A stretch of 63,879 nt of DNA, filler included, from Sphacelaria rigidula (lineage: Eukaryota), in NCBI GenBank assembly GCA_964200075.2. It is 10 parts of 10 records of this genome, joined end to end, with 100 filler letters (N's around TTAATTAATTAA, not from the genome) between each part and the next. Parts side by side here need not be neighbours in the genome. Positions count along the whole stretch, not along the records: positions 31,994 to 38,291 come from CAXNAA020020942.1; positions 38,392 to 44,688 come from CAXNAA020020943.1; positions 44,789 to 51,085 come from CAXNAA020020944.1; 7 more parts are not named here. One strand, 5' to 3'. Numbering within the stretch: position 1 is the first letter of the stretch; every line of letters starts with the position of its first letter. Under the pieces are notes generated by a model. The model searched no databases, was not told the DNA's origin, and saw only the letters and a program-made list of their open reading frames with translations. Made by a program: the position numbers and the translations under genes. Positions 37,113-48,055 of this stretch are shown piece after piece.

Positions 37113-39489
37113 GTAAGTGTATGAACTGGATCGAAAAGGCCGGTGCATGGTCCTGCTGCCGAGTGGTCGCCTTCTTTAGGCATGCGTCCAATGAAAGCCC
37201 CATATTTGAAGAGGTAACTGTACTCTTGCGTCCTTCTGACTGCACTGCCTGTTTGCTCGCGATCCGTTTTTCGTTTTTTAGGAGTAATGTAACGGTTGTC
37301 TGCTTTGTCATGACAGTTTAGGGATGTACAATATTTCAATATTTTAGAACGGGGCTGCTTTCTTGGTCCCTCATCACCTCGCGTTGTGAGTTATCGGTGT
37401 CGCTCCAGGCTGAAATCACCATCAACGCACGCGTAAGCCGTCGGACAAAACAGGCACGTTCTCTGAGACACCCCCAAGCATCGCATTCATGGCAAGAGGC
37501 ACTAGTGTTGGGGCCCCAGTTTGTGCTAGAAAAGACGAACATTGTTCATTGTTCGACGTAGTCCGACGGTGACGCGCGCGGGATGGAGTCCAAGTACGTG
37601 GTATCATTATAACAGGGTAGAAAGCTGGAGATATCTTTTGATGCCGATGGACCACCTTTGTTTCTCTCGCCGACGTTGGAATTTCCCGCCCCGTTCTCTT
37701 GGTAGCGTAGGCAACGTCGACGAGGGGACATGATATATCTTGTTGTTTGGGTTTCCTTTAAACCCAGTTTGGTGCGACACTGTCGTACCGCACTGTGCTG
37801 AACAGTTGTGCACCCTTGAACCTTCGCACGTCAAATGACACGCGTCCGTTTTATGTACTCGGCAATTGTCGTGGAAGATCCAAGCTGGAACTTCCGAAAA
37901 GAAAAAGAAAAAGTACTGGACAATGACTGCATGTCACTCGATATTTTTGGCACACGATCCCCCTGTCCGCTACGAGTCGTTTCGTGCTTGACTGCGTTCA
38001 TCGAATCTCGGCTACTCACCGTCTTCCCGTCCTGTCCACCCTGTGACCACATGTGGTGTCTCGGTGGACAGGCCTTTTGCGAGACCCTCCCGACATGTTT
38101 TTCGCTCCCACACCACTTGTGTTGTGCAGCAACCTCTTAGACCCAGTTTTATGGCAGGCACGACTCTCGATTTTTTCAAAATCGGGGGGTCACGATCTCG
38201 TAACGTTTTCCCCCATTTTTCGAAAAATATCGGGTGAAAACCGTTCCGAGATCGTGACTCCCCCGAGTTTTTTGAGGTGTCGTACGTGCATNNNNNNNNN
38301 NNNNNNNNNNNNNNNNNNNNNNNNNNNNNNNNNNNTTAATTAATTAANNNNNNNNNNNNNNNNNNNNNNNNNNNNNNNNNNNNNNNNNNNNCACCCCAGC
38401 TATGCCGTCTCCGTGTGGTGCCAGATTTTCATCTCCGCCTGCTTGAGCCGCGCCCCCGCCAATGCCGGACATGCTGTAAAAGTCGATCGATCCTCTGCGA
38501 AGCGCGCTAGTTCGTACCTACTTCTCCCTACTTTTGCTGCATATACTAGTCGGCCGCTGCTAGATGAATACTACTTGTTGCTGGTGATGGTATCTGTACT
38601 CGTGTGTGCGGCAACCTAGGTGCGATGGCCAACTTTTCTACTGGCAGCGGCACTGCAGCTGGGAAACAAGGACAAACACCGTACCGTTTTTCTGTACGTA
38701 CGTCCCACATTGTCAGAATTCGTAAACGCCTACGCAAACACCGCTTTCATACTGAACGGTACATTTATCACCAGCCATTGCATCGACGTTGGGTCAACAG
38801 GCGACAGCAGAACCGCCGAGCCTGACGCAGATCTTGAATTAAACCCAATTCTGTTACGATTATTTTTATTCCATGCTCAGTTTGCAGTGCGAATCTCGTG
38901 CCACTCGACATGCCTGCGTAGGCAGGACAAATCGTGAGCTCTTCCACATCTTTCGAGCAGCTTTCGTCTCCTGCGACATGCGAAAATTGATGTGCTCTCA
39001 GACGACACGAGAAACGCCGAATCTGCCGTGAGATTCTAAATTGAACTCGATTCTGTTAAGGTCATTTCATACAAATGGGTCACTCCTTAATCGATCGCGA
39101 GGTCAATGGTCTTATGACTATGGCATGCATGATCATGAGTACACCCCTTAATCGATCGATCCCAAAAGCTGACTTTAGCCCACGCGCCATGCTACGGTAG
39201 GGGTTGCGCATTTGGCCTTAAATCATTCTCATTCAGGGGCTCATGAAGTTGGGAGCTACACGGGAATATGGATCAGGACGTTCCCCTTTAACATGCAATC
39301 GGGATATCCCGAGCTCATTGAAGTATCGAGTATGGCGCGCTCTCACATATATCATGAGTCGTATTTCGGCTGAGATGGAGGGCTTCTAACAGTTTGAACC
39401 TCTGAAAATATTTATACACCCCTACCGTAGTACCACAGACACAGTGTGAATCTCGTCCCCTCAATGTATTTTTGCAAGGTTATGATCTG

Positions 39490-39920
39490 CAGGGTGCGGG
39501 TTTATGTATACCCGGGGTATTTTCTCAGCATAACCCGTCCCCGACAGCTCGGTGACTTCTGTAAGACTTTCACACCGGTACCCGACAGTTCTGTAACTTC
39601 TCTAGGGCTATTTACCTCTACCCGATAGTCATGTGAATCATGTAAAGCCCTCCACGCCCTTACTGGAGGCACGGGCATACCCTCACAAAAACACCCGGGT
39701 GAGGGTACAGTTTTCTATTCAACCTCCATACCCTACCCAACAAGTTCTGTAACTTCCGTACGACTTTCATACCGGTACCCGACAGTTCTGTATCTTCTGC
39801 AAGACTTTCACACCGTTACCCGATAGATGTTCAAATTCTTCGGACCTCCCATACCACTACCCGGGATTAGGGTATACCCGTGTAGATATACCCGATGCAG
39901 GTGCGAGCACGGGTATATAC
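39490..39920. repeat. Non-autonomous element with subterminal tandem motifs; opposite-strand relative at about 43670-44140
   Basis: Repeated ACCCGACAGTTCTGTAACTTCTGTAAGACTTTCA motifs. The reverse complements (TGAAAGTCTTACAGAAGTCACAGA) repeat at 43968-44090. Confidence 0.7.
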
Positions 39921-40887
39921 CCTGACGATTATGAATACAAGTTTCTACCCAACACAAGCTGTTCACGTCTATAGCACCACGATTAGTTGAGGCGCCGTGC
40001 TCGTCGTTTGAGGATTCTCTTTTTTAACGAAAAGTTGGGAAGGGCACGGCACGGGTGCATTCGTGCGCAAAAGACACGGCACGGGCACATTGCATCTCAA
40101 CTCCCACCGGCGGGGTACCATCATCTTCTATTTTTAGATCATACGTCACATTAGCTTAATTCCTTGAACACATTAGTTTGATCTCTCCAACCCGTGGTCA
40201 CGGGGTGCAAGGAGCATACCATCCATGGCCATTAAACCAAGAGTTAACAGAAGAAGCCTTTAAATAAAAATGGTACACGAAAAGAACGAGCCCGCAAGAA
40301 CCGATCGAACTACAGGGAACACACTGCAATCTGACAAGTTACCGGCGTGCGATCCAGACGACCAACTAACCACCTACTGCTGTATATATATGTAGTGACA
40401 GCAAACGCAGGAATCCACACTTCGCAGGGAACAGGAACTAACCCCTAATAGACCTAGTACTGTTGGAAAAGATTCCAGGTTTTAAGCAAGTAAGGAAATG
40501 GCTTCATCACCGAAGCATCAATTGCAACACCAACTGACTTGACTCAACATCAATATCAAGCGACTTGATCGCACTATATTACTAGTTCAGTGTAATTTGT
40601 CTGAGCTAATCCAGGTTCGAGGAACTTGATCTTCCCGCCCTAAAAACAGATAATGCGTCATGTTTAAACTAGCTCCACAAAGAACTCAGGACACTCCTCC
40701 TCTCCCCCCCCCCTTTTGGCAACAAATGAGCACGCCCCGGGAAAAAAAAGAGTAAGCACAGATGGTGGAAGTTGATTCCACCACGTTTCTGTAAGAGCAA
40801 AGAAAGATGAAGCTAAGGCACAGAAGAGGACACAATGCCGAAAGAAACGGAGCCCAAAATGAGAAGAAACGAAGCCGCTAAGCACTC

Positions 40888-41057
40888 CACACCTTGGACA
40901 ATATATGGTCAATAGTTATAATAGACGAGAAGTCTGCTGTATAAAGTACAGGCCTATTGTGACTATTGTCGGCCGGCAATAGTTGCAATAGGCCTGTACT
41001 TTATACAGCAGACTTCTCGTCTATTGCATCTATTGACCATATATTGTCCAGGGTGTG
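40888..41057. repeat. Near-perfect 170-bp palindrome (foldback/MITE)
   Basis: CACACCTTGGACAATATATGGTCAATAG..AATAGACGAGAAGTCTGCTGTATAAAGTACAGGCCTATTG mirrored around a central CGGCCG. Confidence 0.92.
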
Positions 41058-41125
41058 AAACAGTCACAGATGCTGCCGAAAGTTGACGTGGATGACGTCG
41101 GATGTGAAGAAGTCGGCCATGTTTC

Positions 41126-41382
41126 GAGCAATGCTACGGTAGGGGTGCACTTTTTTCGCGAAATTATGTCTATTTCAGGGGCTCCTAACGATTCTAGATG
41201 CACAAAAATATGGGTCAGGGCATCCCCGTTTACAAATTGATTTGGGATGTCCCCAGCACATTGGAGTAGTAATCCTGAAGTACTTTCATATTTTTTCATA
41301 GGTCGTGTTTTGCATGAGATAAAGGGTTCCTAATAATTCTAACCTTAGAAAATATGTGTGCACCCCTACCGTAGCATCACTC
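41126..41382. mobile_element. Sola-like MITE (GAG...CTC termini, 4-bp TSD TTTC)
   Basis: tttc|GAGCAATGCTACGGTAGGGGTGCAC ... GTGCACCCCTACCGTAGCATCACTC|tttc. Related copies at 55773-55960, 49168-49437 and about 39184-39435. Confidence 0.8.
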
Positions 41383-44300
41383 TTTCGAGTGTAGGCATCT
41401 GGTTTTGTAACGTATCGCAGTAGAAAGAAGGTAGGCAAGGGGCAAAGTACAGGAATGACGAGACGTGGACAAGCGTGGAGGCTGGCGATTGCACTCAGGC
41501 ATGTTCAAAGCAAAAACCAAAGGCTGCCACCGACAAAAGCAAGCATTGATGAAGGTGGGATAGGGCAGAATGAAAGTGGGACTATACGTAGTAGAGAGGG
41601 GGCTAAACGGGGAAAAGGAATGTATGGTGGTGGTGCTTACCGTAGGCGGTGGTTCAGTGTCCGGCTTCGCTCCTGGTGGCCGTAGGCCGAGTATCCTGTC
41701 GAGTTGGGTCGGTTTTTTTCTTGTGGGATTCAGGGTCGTTTTGGCTTGGTGGCGTCACGGGGTTCTCTCCGTGAGGGGAGGGAGAACAGGCAATGCTCCG
41801 CGGTACTTTTCGAGGAGTGGAGTTATCGTTTCTCGACGCAAACGCCTCTTTTTCTTGAAACAAGTGTCGTTGGAAATGAGACAAGAGCTCAGCACAGGTG
41901 TCGTAGAAAAAGATTACCTTATGAAGTCTTCGTCATTATTCCCCGCTGACAGGTCAAAGGTGGACTTTGAGGTAGGGGGGGGCTTTGCATAGCAAGGGTG
42001 GGAACTGTTGTCGTCCGCTTTGACTGGGGTCTCAACGCAGTTGCGGTCGTTGGCGTGAGCGTACACCCTGTCTTTACCGCCGGTGCGGTCGGTCATTCAG
42101 TGGTACGGAGTGCTGACGCTGATGTCCACGCCACACGCAAGGCAGAGGAAAGGGACCTGTTTTTTGACGCCCTTCCGCACTGGCTTCGTTCCCTGGGATA
42201 CTAAGGCACGGGTGGTGCACACGGAGCACCTGTTGATGTCGAACGAATCGGGAGGAGGACGAAGGAACGGTTGCGGAAAGTGCAGCGAGGAAAGTACGGA
42301 AGGAAACATGGTTGAACCGTGAGTGTATGCGTGACCAACGGGTGTTGAAAACAATGATGTCAAGTGGTTGGAACAAGCAAGAAGATGAATCATGGGTTGC
42401 TTTCGGTGATCACGTTGCAAGCTGAGCTAGTCTGAACCATTTTGGGGCGGTAAACCACCTTTGCACGGCCCGTCTAATAGTCGAAAGCTGAAATTTGAGG
42501 GATACTTCTTGGTAAAATCACCGGCCTGCTAGTAATTGTGGCATTTTCTACAATCAGATTTGGAGCATAGGACCGAGGCGAACAAGCAAGTACAGCATGT
42601 AGAAGCGAGTTGTATTGCGTGAACACGAAGAAGGAGGGAGGTCCTCTTCTAGCGAACTGTTCTCCATGTCTGTTGAATGGTGAGCTGAATTTGGATGGTG
42701 ACACCTCCTATGGGAAAGTACACCGAACACGTGCAATAATTGGGCTGGGAACTGGACCAGTTAATACTGTCTATTTCCTCTGTAATTGAAGTTAAACCGG
42801 AAATGGCTACGAGAGCGCCAGTTCTCCAGTTTAACTGGGGGTTTGTCGTGACCGTGTATTTTTATAACAGTTTTCAGTATGGTGAGTTTATAACACTGTA
42901 CGATTGAAGTCTGCACTCTACAGTAGTACAACAGGTACCACAGACTTTGTTGGTACCTTGTTGTTCTGCAGTTTTCCATCTATCGACCACAGCGGGTAGG
43001 TCGACGGTTGGTCAGTCGAATGAGGAAAATGAAGGAGTAAAGAAGTGTGACTATTTCACGGTGGGACGCTGATGCGGAAGTGCCGAACGTCAAACCCCAA
43101 TTGCCAATTGCATGGTGAAGAGCGTTCTGAACATGATGCAGCACATGCACACTACACCTCGACGTGATACAGCAGATATATACATCATCCGAAAAAAATA
43201 ACATACGGTAACCCGCGGTCACACAACACACAAGCACTCTGTTTAACGACAGACGTAATTTTCGGTTCGGGCGTGGGGAAGTTTGCGCTCTTGTCTCCAG
43301 GCACTGCCAGCCTTGGCTTGCTTGTTCCTATCCTCCGCTCCCCATGGAGAGTCTCTGCTGCTGCATACTACAGATGGATGGTTTTCGAATCGCTCACCAC
43401 GTTGAATGACATTTTGAGCAGTACAAGTCTCTTAGCTGATCAATGTGAGTGGTTATATTTTTTACAACTATTCACGACTTTCGAAGGGAAAGTAAGTCAA
43501 ACACAGTAAAATGTTTGCCTCGGGCGGCGCTCCCGCGAGGCTCTCCTGACCGGCCAGGGGGGGTGACCAACTGGAAAAACTTGTATAAACTGACCACTGA
43601 CGCGGCCAGTTCAAACCCAACTGACCACAGCTGCTAGTTCACAGCCCTAGAAACAATGCTGTTTTTGGTAGTGTTGGGGTATGTTCGATAGGGTATAAGA
43701 GTCTTTACAGAACTTGAAGAACTAACGGGTACCGGCATGAAATTCGACAGGGGTTATACAAACCCTATCGGGTAGGTATAGAAGACTTACGGAGAATCCA
43801 GAACTTGTTGGGTGAGGAATGACGATTGCACAGAAAATCGAACCCACACCCAGGTATTTTTACAAGAGTATGCCCTAATTCTGGTAGGGGTTAACATTGT
43901 GTACAGAAAATACAAACGTGCCGGGTAAGGGTATAGGGGGGGGTTACAGAGCTATCGTGGACCGGTATGAAAGTCTTACAGAAGTCACAGACCGATCGAG
44001 TAAGATTTTGAAAGTCTTGCTAAAGTCACAGACCTATCGAGTAGGGGGATGAAAGTCTTACAGAAGTCACAGAACTGTCGGGTAGGGATCATGCCCGGCA
44101 AGATACCCCCGGTGTACAACAAACCGTATCCTATACAACACAGGGTTGGACACCACCACCATCAAATTCGAATATCTGCATCTTGCTACTTGATACCGCT
44201 TGTGGCGCAGATGAAGCGCCCCCACCCGATCCACCACTCGTGTCTAGGCATGATCTACCCCGACGGTCTGCATTGCTTTCCATGTTTCGCTTCTCCACTC

Positions 44301-45124
44301 AACGGTACCCGGTAACCCTTCAGTGTATGAAATTTGAACATTATATTTTGATGGGTGTATGGTTTTGAGTGAGCGAGGGGGGGGGAAGGCGTACTCATTT
44401 GTTGCTTGCCTTAGTCGTTTGACCACTGACCACGCATGTCTTTCGAGACGGAGCACCGTTCCGACTCCTAATAGAGACACCTTCGACATTCTGGCGCTCA
44501 TCACGTTTCTTCAAAAGCTCATTTCGTTTCTTCCATACATTACACAAGAACCTCTTACATATCTTATACCTGTTTCGCCGTCTCTGGCCACCATCCATCT
44601 CCTAGTATAGCCATCGTTTTCTCCCTACCGTCTAATGCATCGAACGGTTTCATGACACCTTTGTTCACGTCTCGCATTTCCCCCTCTANNNNNNNNNNNN
44701 NNNNNNNNNNNNNNNNNNNNNNNNNNNNNNNNTTAATTAATTAANNNNNNNNNNNNNNNNNNNNNNNNNNNNNNNNNNNNNNNNNNNNTGTTTTTTTTTC
44801 CGCGCTCGGCTTGGTTTTCCTCCCTTTTCCCCCCCCCCCCCCCCCCCTTTTTTCCCTGTTCCTTCTTTTTCTCAGAGCGTGTTTCAGTTTCGTTTTTCTT
44901 GGATACGTCTGTCATGAGACCACGGCTGGACCCCTGGGGGGTCAGTTGAAGTGCGACAATCAATCAAATCAATCAATGGTTGCTCGTGTGGAAGTGTTGG
45001 CTCACATTCGCGTTGCGGTCAGAACGCAAGTTATTGGCCCCCTCTCTCCTATGTCATTGGCTTCCCATCGAAAATATTTTCCGCAAGCACCCTCCTCTTG
45101 CCCCCATGTGTTGCGCCCTACCAG

Positions 45125-46232
45125 CTTTGGTGTCCTGTGCTTCGAGGTGGCCTCCCGGACAGAGCCATTCAAGGGAAAGAGACCTGCCCAGGTTATCGGA
45201 GCGGTACTCTACAAAGAAGAGCGGCCTCAAATTCCAGAATGGGCGTCTGCGTCGCCCGATGTTGTTCCTCTGATGGAGCAATGCTGGAGCCAAGACCCTG
45301 CGAAGCGCCCCAAGGGATTTGGACCCGTAGTTCGGACGCTGGCGAGTGTGGTATCGTGTGTCGGAGACCCTCGCAATCATAGCGTTGCTGCCGTTCATGC
45401 CACGTTGTCATCAGGTGCCAAGCGAGCTAGGGTAATGTGCGTGAGAACAGCACCACCTGCGGTTGGTGGCGGTGTTGACGTGTCATCGAGTCGGATGAAC
45501 CCCGCGTCCCAACCGGCTGGAGCCGATCCCGAGGCCACTCCTGATGAATGCAACGAGCTGCCGCCCGCAGTGTGCAGCGCGGTGTGGGGTAGTGGTAGGG
45601 TGCCGGTTGATCGTAGCATACGAGTTGCTACTGAGATGCTCACCGAAAATGACGTTGTAATGAGTGTTGATGCCGACAACACAATTTCCGAAATCAAGGA
45701 GGTGGTTCGAAAGCGGGAAGGAATCCATCCTGACGAGCAGTGTTTGACCTTCGCTGGCCGTGTGCTGGAAGATAACAGGACGGTGAGAGACTGCAACATT
45801 TATGGCGGGTGCACCCTCCACCTGGTCTTCAGGCGTTGCGCGGTTGATCATAGCATGGTTGATCGCGGCATGAAAATATTTATCAAAACGCTCACGGGTG
45901 TAACGTTAGTGATACATGTTGACCCCGACAACACAGTGTTTGAAATGAAGCTAAGGATTCAAGACCAGACTGGAATACCTCCTTCCCAGCAGCGGTTGAT
46001 CTTCGCTGGAAAACAACTACCGCACGGTGACACGGTGAGAGACTACAACATATCGGAAGGGTGCATCCTCCGCCTGGTCCACAAGTTTCGCGGGGGCAAA
46101 CCCGTGATCCTTTTGTACCCGTCAGCCCCCCTAGATGCCACAGTGGCGCTGAAGCTGAGCCCGCTCTGGAGCCTCTCTGCACTGTATCCAAAACTTCCAA
46201 GCAAGGTGCGGCAAGATATCTCAGACCCCAAG
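45125..46232 (+). CDS. Exon A of a kinase-Ubl-Ubl-unknown-domain fusion gene: TKL kinase subdomains IX-XI, linker, Ubl1 (about 45618-45839), Ubl2 (45870-46097), start of the KPVIxLYP domain
   Basis: (S)[15 protein letters not shown]...RPQIP...[14 protein letters not shown] is a kinase C-lobe. [10 protein letters not shown]...[11 protein letters not shown]...FRGG is 76 aa, 43/76 identical to canonical ubiquitin by manual count. Acceptor CCAG| (phase 2), donor AAG|GTAAGC. Confidence 0.93.
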
Positions 46233-46492
46233 GTAAGCCCGCTGCTTTGGATTCATACTTCCCGCGTTGCGGGTAGCGCAACAGCAACTCTCCTGACGCT
46301 TGTTTGTCGATGCCTGCGTCGAGCAACCCTCAACCCTTGACTTCCTTCGCACCGTCGAAGCCACGCCTTTCATTGTCTCACGTTGACCAAGCCATCGGTG
46401 ACCAGCTAGATACATAGGTATGTACATATACATTTACATGTTTGAACGAAGCTCTCAACAACTTGCTCGATGTTTCACTCGATGAGTTCCAG

Positions 46493-46682
46493 GCCGTCGT
46501 GGCTGGCGGCCAGCAGTACGAGTGGAGCGTTCACGCCAATCCCGACGGCTCTCTCCAAGATCTGAGCACCGGCAGGGAGTACCCGTACCTCTTCTGGGAA
46601 GCAGACTCTTCCGATGGCTGCGTGTGCAGCACCTTTGGGCTGGACGAGACCGAGTCGTTTTGCGTAGCGGGTGACGCAGCAG
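46493..46682 (+). CDS. Exon B of the fusion gene (WSVHANPDGSL...GREYPYLFWEA)
   Basis: Acceptor TTCCAG| (phase 0), donor CAG|GTACTA (phase 1); in frame with exons A and C. Confidence 0.9.
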
Positions 46683-47298
46683 GTACTATGTAGCTGCCGC
46701 CGCTCCGCGCACAACGTGATGCAATTTATGCAAGGACGTGCACACGTTGCTCACGTTCGTCCGTGAATACGCTTCTACCGAACCAAGGACGTAGATGCAC
46801 ATACTTTAGCGAGGAAGATGAATCCACCCAGCTCCTTACCCGTACAAAAAAGACACTTCGAAGGAAACTCCAGAACTTGTTTTGGAAGACGGGGATCTTC
46901 GACCGAAGGGAGTAGCGTGGTGTCATCAAATCGCTCTCAACACTTCCAAATACCTTCAGAAAAGGCTGAGAGTTGTAGTGAGCGTAGACACATCGTTCAA
47001 CGCCTTCTGTCGTAGCTTGTGTGCTCCCGTTGTCTTCAGGGCAATGTACCCCATTTCGCTGCGAATGTACGTACTTTAGTTTCGTTATTGTGGCGAAGTG
47101 TTGCCCAAATTTTAGTTCATGTTCCGAAATATCATCTGTATCCTACCCCGATCGAGAGGAGATTTCAAACCTGGGGCACGCCGAGCGCCTTCTGCGATGT
47201 TTGATGCCCTCTTAACACCTATGACGTGCCCCTCCCACGCCGAACGCAATCCTCCATTGTGACGCACATATAGTATTCTCCCCCGCGAAATCCGGAAG

Positions 47299-47500
47299 GT
47301 GTGTTCCTCGACCTTGCCCTGGAACGCCTTGGCCTCAACATGCGGGAGCGCTGCGATATGGTGACGTACTGGCTGCCGCAGCTGGAGGCGTCCAACTTTA
47401 GCGCCATCTACTTCGTAAGGACAGCGCTTTACGAGCAAGCTGCCCGCCTGACCATCGTGCCTCCCCCGGACGTCACGATCCGTGTCTTCATGGCCTTCAG
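47299..47500 (+). CDS. Exon C of the fusion gene (FLDLALERLGL..RERCDMVTYWLPQL...PPPDVTIRVFMAF)
   Basis: Acceptor GAAG| (phase 1), donor CAG|GTATGT (phase 2). Confidence 0.9.
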
Positions 47501-47928
47501 GTATGTCATGGCTGCCTTCACGTGTGTTTGACTGGTTGCGCCGTACCAATGGGATGTCGTGACTCGTCTTTAGGTACGAAAGCGGCATGGAGGACCCACG
47601 AAAGAACCCTCTTATATTTTTTTGAAAATACAAAAATATGATACATATATTCGGTGCTTGGTTGCCTCACTGAACCTCGGCCGGTTGTCAACGATTCAGG
47701 AGCCGCTGCTGATGGTTGGTAAACTCTAGTTGCCATAGCGGCTATGCCATCGTTTCAATGCCAATGTTCCGGGATGAAAACGCCTTGTAGAATCGAGGAC
47801 TCACTCCAATCCAGTGGTCACATGCACTGCCATATTTTCATATATATATTTTTATCATGGCCACGTTCGATTCTAAAGCCATTCGGCTTCCGCACTAAAC
47901 TTATCCGTGTACGTTGTTTCCTGTGCAG

Positions 47929-48055
47929 AGGTTTGGACGCGTACGACGCGGAGCTGGATACTGCTAAGGTGGACGAGCTGCAAGCGCCCGCCAGGAAGGG
48001 ATTTGTGGTCGTAGAGTGGGGAGGCATGAATCTCAACGGGGTCGCGCAGGACTGA
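47929..48055 (+). CDS. Terminal exon D of the fusion gene (...ARKGFVVVEWGGMNLNGVAQD*)
   Basis: Acceptor CTGTGCAG| (phase 2), TGA stop at 48053-48055. Confidence 0.9.

Noticed and set aside
41137..41371. Reading the CGGTAGGGG MITE as a Tc1/pogo element with a TA TSD
   Set aside because: The inverted repeat extends 11 bp further to GAG/CTC, and 4-bp direct repeats lie outside it in several copies.
41570..42420. Cys-containing minus-strand ORF pieces (CSVC...CLAC)
   Set aside because: Interrupted by stops, no recognisable family, no clear splice sites.
44811..45124. N-terminal ~105 aa of the 509-aa ORF, and its tail after 46232
   Set aside because: Intronic read-through: it contains poly-C and a retroelement 3' end with an (AATC)n tail. 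Kinase similarity starts at the 45125 acceptor.
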